A DNA stretch of 64,000 nucleotides from Patescibacteria group bacterium (GTDB lineage: Bacteria > Patescibacteriota > Microgenomatia > UBA1400 > 2-01-FULL-45-11). The position numbers and the translations under genes are program-made. The stretch is from NCBI GenBank assembly GCA_042569595.1, contig JBHPHI010000002.1:2590-66589 (forward strand). Direction: 5' to 3'. The notes below the pieces were generated by a model. It did not search any database. It saw only the letters and a program-made list of their open reading frames with translations, and was not told the DNA's origin. Positions 58,169-64,000 of this stretch are shown piece after piece; the first letter of the stretch is position 1; every line of letters starts with the position of its first letter.

Positions 58169-58711
58169 ATGAGAAAAATAATACAAAAACTCACATTTTA
58201 CGCTTTACCAATATCTCTTGGTATAGTTTCGGCAACCCTTCCTCACAAAGAAATATTCTCAAAATTTGGCAGTGCTGCATTTATTTTGCTGTCTGCAAAT
58301 TTATTTTTAAAACCTATTTCAGTCTTATATAAACACAAATATTTGCAATTATTCATGACCTACAGAAGAGAGTTGGGGGTTGCTTCATTTTGGTTTTATC
58401 TCGCACACTCCACGGGATTTTTTAGATTATATGGACTTACTTCTGATAGTTTTCTAAACACAAACAGTTTCTTGTTTTATGGTGGTGTTGCAGCATTTGG
58501 GATGTGGCTTTTGGCCTTAACGTCAAATGATTACTCCATAAGATTTTTGAAAAAAAATTGGAAAACTCTTCACCGACTGTCATATTTAATTTTTTATTTT
58601 GCCTTGTACCACTCTAGTAGAGTAGAACAAGAAATGGAAAAGTTTTTTATTTTTGGAAGCTTGTTCTTAATTCTTAAAATTATCCAATTCAAAAAAACCC
58701 AAAAAATATAG
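58169..58711 (+). CDS. MsrQ/ferric-reductase-like heme-binding membrane protein
   Basis: RRELGV..YLAH, LALTS, WKTLHRLSY, LYH. Confidence 0.85.
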   Translation: MRKIIQKLTFYALPISLGIVSATLPHKEIFSKFGSAAFILLSANLFLKPISVLYKHKYLQLFMTYRRELGVASFWFYLAHSTGFFRLYGLTSDSFLNTNSFLFYGGVAAFGMWLLALTSNDYSIRFLKKNWKTLHRLSYLIFYFALYHSSRVEQEMEKFFIFGSLFLILKIIQFKKTQKI

Positions 58712-58758
58712 TATTGCCATCATTATTTTTTTTCTATAATATATTCTAAAGATCGAAT

Positions 58759-59238
58759 ATGTATAGTGAATTATTTAAACTTCAATCAGACTTACTAAAG
58801 TCTCTTGCAAATCCCAGGAGACTTGAAATAATCCAACTCCTAAGAGAGCAGGAGTTGTCTGTTACAGAAATCTATCAAATGCTAGATTTGCCCCAGGCAA
58901 ATGTAAGTCAACATTTAATGGTTTTGCGAGACTCAGGAATAGTAAAAACCAGAAAAGATGGAAAACAAATGTTTTACTCTCTTGCCCACAAAAACATATC
59001 AGAAGCTAGTGATTTGTTAAGAGAGATCCTTATAGAAAAAAATAAAAACACTCAAGTTGCTGATGAATTTGCTTTATCGATGACAGAATTAATGCCCATT
59101 CAAAGCGACCCAGTTTGTAAAATGAGAGTAAGTCCAAAAACAGCAGGTTTTGCGACTAGCTACGAGGGGAACAAATATTATTTTTGCGCATCAGGATGTC
59201 TAAAAGAATTTAAAAACAATCCTAAAAAATATGAATAA
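58759..59238 (+). CDS. ArsR/SmtB regulator fused to a YHS/TRASH domain
   Basis: LANPRRLEII, VSQHLMVLR; DPVCKM...YYFCASGC. Confidence 0.88.
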   Translation: MYSELFKLQSDLLKSLANPRRLEIIQLLREQELSVTEIYQMLDLPQANVSQHLMVLRDSGIVKTRKDGKQMFYSLAHKNISEASDLLREILIEKNKNTQVADEFALSMTELMPIQSDPVCKMRVSPKTAGFATSYEGNKYYFCASGCLKEFKNNPKKYE

Positions 59239-61459
59239 AAAATCAACATCATTTCATGTTTCTGGAATGCATTGCGCAAGTTGTGCTGCAAATATACAAA
59301 GAAAACTTTCAAAAACAGACGGAGTAATAGAGGCATCAGTAAATTACGCAAACGAACAAGCATCTGTCACTTTTGGTGAAGAAAAAATAAACACAAAAAC
59401 TATTGAAAAGATTGTTAAAAAACTTGGATACAAAGCATATATTGACGTTGATGAAAATCAAGATATTGCAAAAATAGAAAGAGAAAATGAATTAAAAGAC
59501 TTAAAAACAAAACTACTTATTAGTTCAATCTTGGCAATTATTTTAATGAGCTCTATGATTCCTGGGGCTCCAAAAATACTACACAACAAATTAGTAATGT
59601 GGATCCTTGCTACCCCAATTCAATTTTGGGCAGGGTCAAGGTTTTATAAAGGAGCCTGGTCTTCACTTAAAAACAAAACTACAAACATGGACACTTTAGT
59701 AGTGCTTGGCACCTCTGTTGCATATTTTTATTCTGTTTTTGTAACTACATTTGGAAATATATTGAGCAGTTATAACATTCCTCTGCACGTATATTTTGAG
59801 GCGTCTGCATCAATAATTACCCTTGTGCTTCTAGGTAAATATTTAGAAATTAAGTCAAAAGGACAGGCATCAGAAGCAATAAAAAAACTGTTATCACTTC
59901 AAGCAAAAACAGCAAATAAGGTAATAGGAAATAAAATTATAAGCACCCCTATTGAAGAGATAACAAAAGGAGATATTCTTTTAGTAAAGCCGGGAGAAAA
60001 AGTTCCACTAGATGGAAAAATAGTAGAAGGTGAATCAAGCATAGATGAAAGCATGGTTACAGGAGAGAGTTTGCCAGTGAACAGGGTAAAGAATGATGTT
60101 GTAGTTGGATCTACAATCAACCTTTCTTCTGCTCTCAAAATAAAAGTTGAAAAAGTTGGAAGCGAAACAATGCTGTCTCAAATTATTGAAATGGTAAAGA
60201 AGGCTCAGGGGTCAAAACCACCAATTCAAAAACTTGTAGATACGATTTCCTCATATTTTGTTCCTATAGTCATACTTCTTTCAACTATCACTTTTGCTAT
60301 ATGGTTTTTGTTCGGTCCCGACCCAAAGATACTAAATGCTTTAGTTAGTTCAATAACAGTTTTAATTATTGCTTGTCCTTGTGCTCTTGGACTAGCAACT
60401 CCAACGTCTCTTATGGTTGGCGTAGGAAGAGGAGCAAATAAAGGAATATTGATCAAAAATGCCCAAGCATTGGAAATTGCAAATAAAATAAATGTAATGA
60501 TTTTTGACAAAACCGGAACTTTAACTAAAGGAAATCCTAGCGTTCAAAACATTAGTTTTGCCAAAACAGCTTCCAAGTCAGAAGAGAAAAACATCTCAAG
60601 TATCATTTCGAGCATTGAAAATCTATCTCATCACCCAATTGCTCAAGCTATTGTTAATCATTTTAATAATAAAAATATTTCTCCATCAAAAAAAATAACC
60701 AACTTTAAAGATGTCTCAGGAAAAGGAGTAGAGGGAAGTAGCGGAAAAGACAAAATAATAATTGGAACACAAAATTTTATAGAGGAACAAGGAATAATTA
60801 TAGACAAACCTACATTAGAAATGGCAAATAAATGGAAAAGGTTGGCTCAAAGTGTTTCATTTGTGGGTATTAATAAAAAAATTATAACAATAATTGGTGT
60901 TGCAGATGAGATAAAATCAGAATCCAAAAAAGTAATAGAATCTCTTAAAAATATGAAAATAAAAACCGTTATGTTGACAGGAGACAATAAACAAACAGCT
61001 GCTGTCGTATCAAGAAAGCTAGAAATAGACGAAGTTCAGGCAGAAGTTCTTCCAAAAGACAAAGAAAAAATCGTAAGAAAATATACTAAAAAAGGAAAAA
61101 TAGTCGCAATGCTAGGAGACGGAATCAATGATGCTCCAGCACTTGCAGCAGCAGACATAGGAATTGCCATGGGAAGCGGCACAGATATCGCTATGGAGTC
61201 TGCTGGAATTACACTACTTCACGGAAATATTTCACTTGCAACAAGTGCAATCAAACTATCAAAAGCTACTATGAACAATATTACTCAAAATTTATTTTGG
61301 GCATTTGGATACAATATTGTCTTAATTCCTGTTGCCATGGGGGTTCTATACCCCTTCTTTGGCATTCAAATTAATCCAATCATGGCTGGGGCTGCAATGG
61401 CATTTTCAAGTGTTTCAGTTGTAACAAATGCACTAAGACTTAGAAAAATTTCAATTTAA
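59231..61459 (+). CDS. copA: Cu(I)-translocating P1B-type ATPase
   Basis: GMHCASC, TGES, CPC, DKTGT, HP, GDGINDAP, YN, MAFSS. Confidence 0.95.
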   Translation: MNKKSTSFHVSGMHCASCAANIQRKLSKTDGVIEASVNYANEQASVTFGEEKINTKTIEKIVKKLGYKAYIDVDENQDIAKIERENELKDLKTKLLISSILAIILMSSMIPGAPKILHNKLVMWILATPIQFWAGSRFYKGAWSSLKNKTTNMDTLVVLGTSVAYFYSVFVTTFGNILSSYNIPLHVYFEASASIITLVLLGKYLEIKSKGQASEAIKKLLSLQAKTANKVIGNKIISTPIEEITKGDILLVKPGEKVPLDGKIVEGESSIDESMVTGESLPVNRVKNDVVVGSTINLSSALKIKVEKVGSETMLSQIIEMVKKAQGSKPPIQKLVDTISSYFVPIVILLSTITFAIWFLFGPDPKILNALVSSITVLIIACPCALGLATPTSLMVGVGRGANKGILIKNAQALEIANKINVMIFDKTGTLTKGNPSVQNISFAKTASKSEEKNISSIISSIENLSHHPIAQAIVNHFNNKNISPSKKITNFKDVSGKGVEGSSGKDKIIIGTQNFIEEQGIIIDKPTLEMANKWKRLAQSVSFVGINKKIITIIGVADEIKSESKKVIESLKNMKIKTVMLTGDNKQTAAVVSRKLEIDEVQAEVLPKDKEKIVRKYTKKGKIVAMLGDGINDAPALAAADIGIAMGSGTDIAMESAGITLLHGNISLATSAIKLSKATMNNITQNLFWAFGYNIVLIPVAMGVLYPFFGIQINPIMAGAAMAFSSVSVVTNALRLRKISI

Positions 61460-61470
61460 AAGGAGAATAA

Positions 61471-62583
61471 ATGAATCTATGGATTGTGTTTCTTACTGGA
61501 CTAACAACAGGTGGCTTGTCGTGCCTTGCAATGCAAGGGGGGTTGTTGGCAGGAGTAATTGCAAACCAAAAAGAACAAGAATTAGATGAGGTAATGAGTG
61601 ATAGCAAAAAAAGAAAAAAACTCAAAAAAGAAAAATATCTAAAAAAACTTCAAAAAAACGACTTCAAACTTGAATCGTTTGATCAAATGGACTGGATGCC
61701 AGTTGGAATGTTTTTGCTTGCAAAATTAATCTCACACACAATTTTAGGATTCCTGCTTGGAGCATTAGGATCAGTTATAGAATTAAGTTTAACTGCAAGA
61801 TTAATTTTTCAAGTATTTACAGCTTTATTTATGGCAGGAACAGCTGCAAATTTATTAAACCTTCATCCAATTTTCAGATACTTAGCTTTTCAGCCTCCAA
61901 AATTTGTTCAGAAAATGGTTAGAAATACAGGTAAAAGCAAGGCCTTGTTCGCTCCTGCTACTCTAGGGTTCTTAACAATTTTCATCCCCTGTGGCGTGAC
62001 TCAGGCAATGGAGGTTTTAGTTATAAACTCAGGAAACCCAATTCAGGGAGCACTCACTATGTTTGCATTTGTATTGGGTACATCTCCACTATTCGCACTA
62101 ATTGGAGTAGCCACAGCAAAATTATCAGAGGGGTGGCATCAAAAATTCACCAAAATTGCAGCATACGCTCTTGTTTTAATGTCTCTTTATTCTATAAACG
62201 GGGTACTTCAGGCAGCTGACGCACCAATAAGTGCTCAAAAAGTTGTGCTCATGTACAACAAACTTAAGCAATATGAAGGTGGGGGAGGGTACGCACCAAC
62301 TGCAAAAGAAGTAAATGGAAAACAAATAATTAATATAGATGTTGCTCAAAGAGGCTACAATCCAAACTATTTCAAGGTAAAACAAGGGATTCCTGTGGAG
62401 CTCACTTTAAATTCAAATGGAGTTTATACCTGCGCAAGCGCATTTACATTTAGGGCGTTTAATATCTATACAAATTTAAAACCTACAGACGAAAAAACAT
62501 TCGAATTTACCCCAAATAAAAAAGGTCAATTTACTTTTGCATGTTCAATGGGCATGTACACAGGGGTTATGGAAGTAATATAA
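61471..62583 (+). CDS. DsbD_2/TauE-like membrane protein with C-terminal cupredoxin domain
   Basis: SCLAMQGG, IPCGVTQ, FACSMGM. Confidence 0.8.
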   Translation: MNLWIVFLTGLTTGGLSCLAMQGGLLAGVIANQKEQELDEVMSDSKKRKKLKKEKYLKKLQKNDFKLESFDQMDWMPVGMFLLAKLISHTILGFLLGALGSVIELSLTARLIFQVFTALFMAGTAANLLNLHPIFRYLAFQPPKFVQKMVRNTGKSKALFAPATLGFLTIFIPCGVTQAMEVLVINSGNPIQGALTMFAFVLGTSPLFALIGVATAKLSEGWHQKFTKIAAYALVLMSLYSINGVLQAADAPISAQKVVLMYNKLKQYEGGGGYAPTAKEVNGKQIINIDVAQRGYNPNYFKVKQGIPVELTLNSNGVYTCASAFTFRAFNIYTNLKPTDEKTFEFTPNKKGQFTFACSMGMYTGVMEVI

Positions 62584-62591
62584 GGAGAAAA

Positions 62592-62837
62592 ATGTTTTTA
62601 ATATTCAAAAAAAATAAACCAAAAGGAAAAGCGATAGAATTTAAAATAGAAGGCATGCACTGCACTAGTTGTGTTATGAATATCGATGGAGCTTTGGAGG
62701 ACATAGAGGGAATTAATAGTTCTAACTCAAGTTATAGAAAAGGAAAAACTTCTGTTGATTTTGATCCAGAAGTTATTTCAGAGACAAAAATAATTCAAAC
62801 AATCAAAGACGCAGGATACACAGCATCAGTTTCTTGA
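62592..62837 (+). CDS. HMA-domain copper chaperone (CopZ-like)
   Basis: GMHCTSC, AGY; AAGGAG SD before ATG 62592. Confidence 0.88.
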   Translation: MFLIFKKNKPKGKAIEFKIEGMHCTSCVMNIDGALEDIEGINSSNSSYRKGKTSVDFDPEVISETKIIQTIKDAGYTASVS

Positions 62838-62871
62838 TGATTTTATTGATGTCTTTAGATACAATTCTCTT

Positions 62872-63633
62872 ATGACTTTAACTTCTTGGGTAATTATTTT
62901 TTCACTTATCGGCGGAGTATTTTCTCTGGTTGGGGGTGTTTTTTTACTAAAAAATGATGAATGGGTCAAAAGGAACACTCTCACTATAGTGAGTTGGGCG
63001 GCAGGAGTTCTTTTAACTGTGGCTTTTATGGATTTGATGCCAGAGGCAATAGAAATGGGATTGGAATCCGGAAAAGAAGTGCATGACTTGTTTAGATATT
63101 CTTTATACGCGGTAGTAGGATTTTTTGTTTTGGAGAGAACTTTTGTTTGGTTTCACCACCATCACGAACCAGACATGGACCCCCCAACAAATACTCTCAT
63201 AGTAATAGGAGATAGCATTCATAATTTAATAGACGGAATAGTAATAGGAACAGCGTTTTTAGTTGGAATTCCAACAGGCATCGTTACAGCTATAGCGGTA
63301 GCCGCTCACGAAATTCCACAAGAAATTGCAGATTTTGGAATATTGTTAAGTTCAGGAATCAAAAAAACAAAAGTATTTTTTATAAACCTAATATCCTCTT
63401 TTATGACTCCAGTTGGTGCTTTGATAACAATATATTTTTCAAATTACATTAAAGACATCACTCCTCAGTTACTAGCCTTTGCAGCTGGTATGTTCACATA
63501 TATTGCTTGCTCAGATCTTATTCCAGAACTTCATCACACTCAATCAAAAAAAGTAGCTGCAAAACAACTAATATTTTTCTTTCTAGGGATAGGGATTACT
63601 TGTATCCTAATCAACTACACTCATGCAGGCTAA
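62872..63633 (+). CDS. ZIP-family metal transporter
   Basis: HHHH loop, HNLIDG, HEIPQE. Confidence 0.92.
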   Translation: MTLTSWVIIFSLIGGVFSLVGGVFLLKNDEWVKRNTLTIVSWAAGVLLTVAFMDLMPEAIEMGLESGKEVHDLFRYSLYAVVGFFVLERTFVWFHHHHEPDMDPPTNTLIVIGDSIHNLIDGIVIGTAFLVGIPTGIVTAIAVAAHEIPQEIADFGILLSSGIKKTKVFFINLISSFMTPVGALITIYFSNYIKDITPQLLAFAAGMFTYIACSDLIPELHHTQSKKVAAKQLIFFFLGIGITCILINYTHAG

Positions 63634-64000
63634 AAATAAAAAATTCAAACACGCAGGGATTGGTGGAACATTTGATCGTCTTCACAAAGGGCACAAAGAG
63701 CTGATTTCCTTCGCGCTTGGTATTGCAGAAAACGTTACTATCGGGGTAACAATAGATGGTTTTTCCTCTCAAAAAAAACTTAGCCAATCAATTCTTTCAT
63801 ATGGAGAAAGAGTTGAGGAGATAAAGAAATTTATAAAAAGTCTTGGAAAAAAAGATAGTGTCAGTATTGTTTCCCTAAAAGACTCTTACGGACCAACAAT
63901 TGAAAATAATGACATAGACTGTGTTGTGGTTACCGATCAAACACATGAAGGCGCTCTAAAAATAAACAATAAAAGAAAAGAGCTTAATCTATTAGAGCTT
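63623..64000 (+). CDS. archaeal/eukaryote-type phosphopantetheine adenylyltransferase, partial (runs off window end)
   Basis: Absent from ORF track. Manual translation MQAKNKKFKHAGIGGTFDRLHKGHKEL...IGVT...YGERV...DSYGP...VVT...IN..R. Confidence 0.8.
   Translation, partial: MQAKNKKFKHAGIGGTFDRLHKGHKELISFALGIAENVTIGVTIDGFSSQKKLSQSILSYGERVEEIKKFIKSLGKKDSVSIVSLKDSYGPTIENNDIDCVVVTDQTHEGALKINNKRKELNLLEL

Noticed and set aside
1-64000. CRISPR array, cas operon, prophage or IS element
   Set aside because: No regularly spaced repeats and no integrase, transposase or phage structural genes recognised; the Cas4-like nuclease at 40317-41189 is solitary.

Overview
AT-rich, gene-dense 64-kb chromosomal segment using genetic code 11. 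Gene content and the many apparently leaderless genes suggest a Patescibacteria/CPR (Microgenomates-like) bacterium; this is an inference. Most of it is housekeeping and envelope genes: glgP/glgA, comM, rluB-like, nfo, rdgB, peptidases, secDF, cca, recJ, aspS, gltX, ychF, a DEAD-box helicase, hflX, a copper/zinc cluster, an archaeal-type PPAT and tRNA-Gln(CTG). No CRISPR array, integrase or transposase was seen. The most unusual feature is the ~1.1-kb minus-strand cassette between recJ and aspS (20319-21347). It comprises a promoter with a palindrome, a 19-aa leader peptide with terminator/antiterminator, a tRNA-His(GUG)-like RNA with a ~74-nt hairpin in its variable loop, a 15-aa ORF, two related Cys-rich microproteins and long hairpins. 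The 5' strand of the tRNA-like RNA has two additional complementary partners. Other notable items: a 1298-aa PD-(D/E)XK-nuclease/DnaG-primase-like fusion, a CBS-HPF-like protein, a compact Asp T-box before an AspRS-YbaK fusion, a homopolymer-frameshifted DUF2177 gene, and a small membrane ORF wrapped in RNA structure. All protein assignments come from motif recognition by eye, not database searches.
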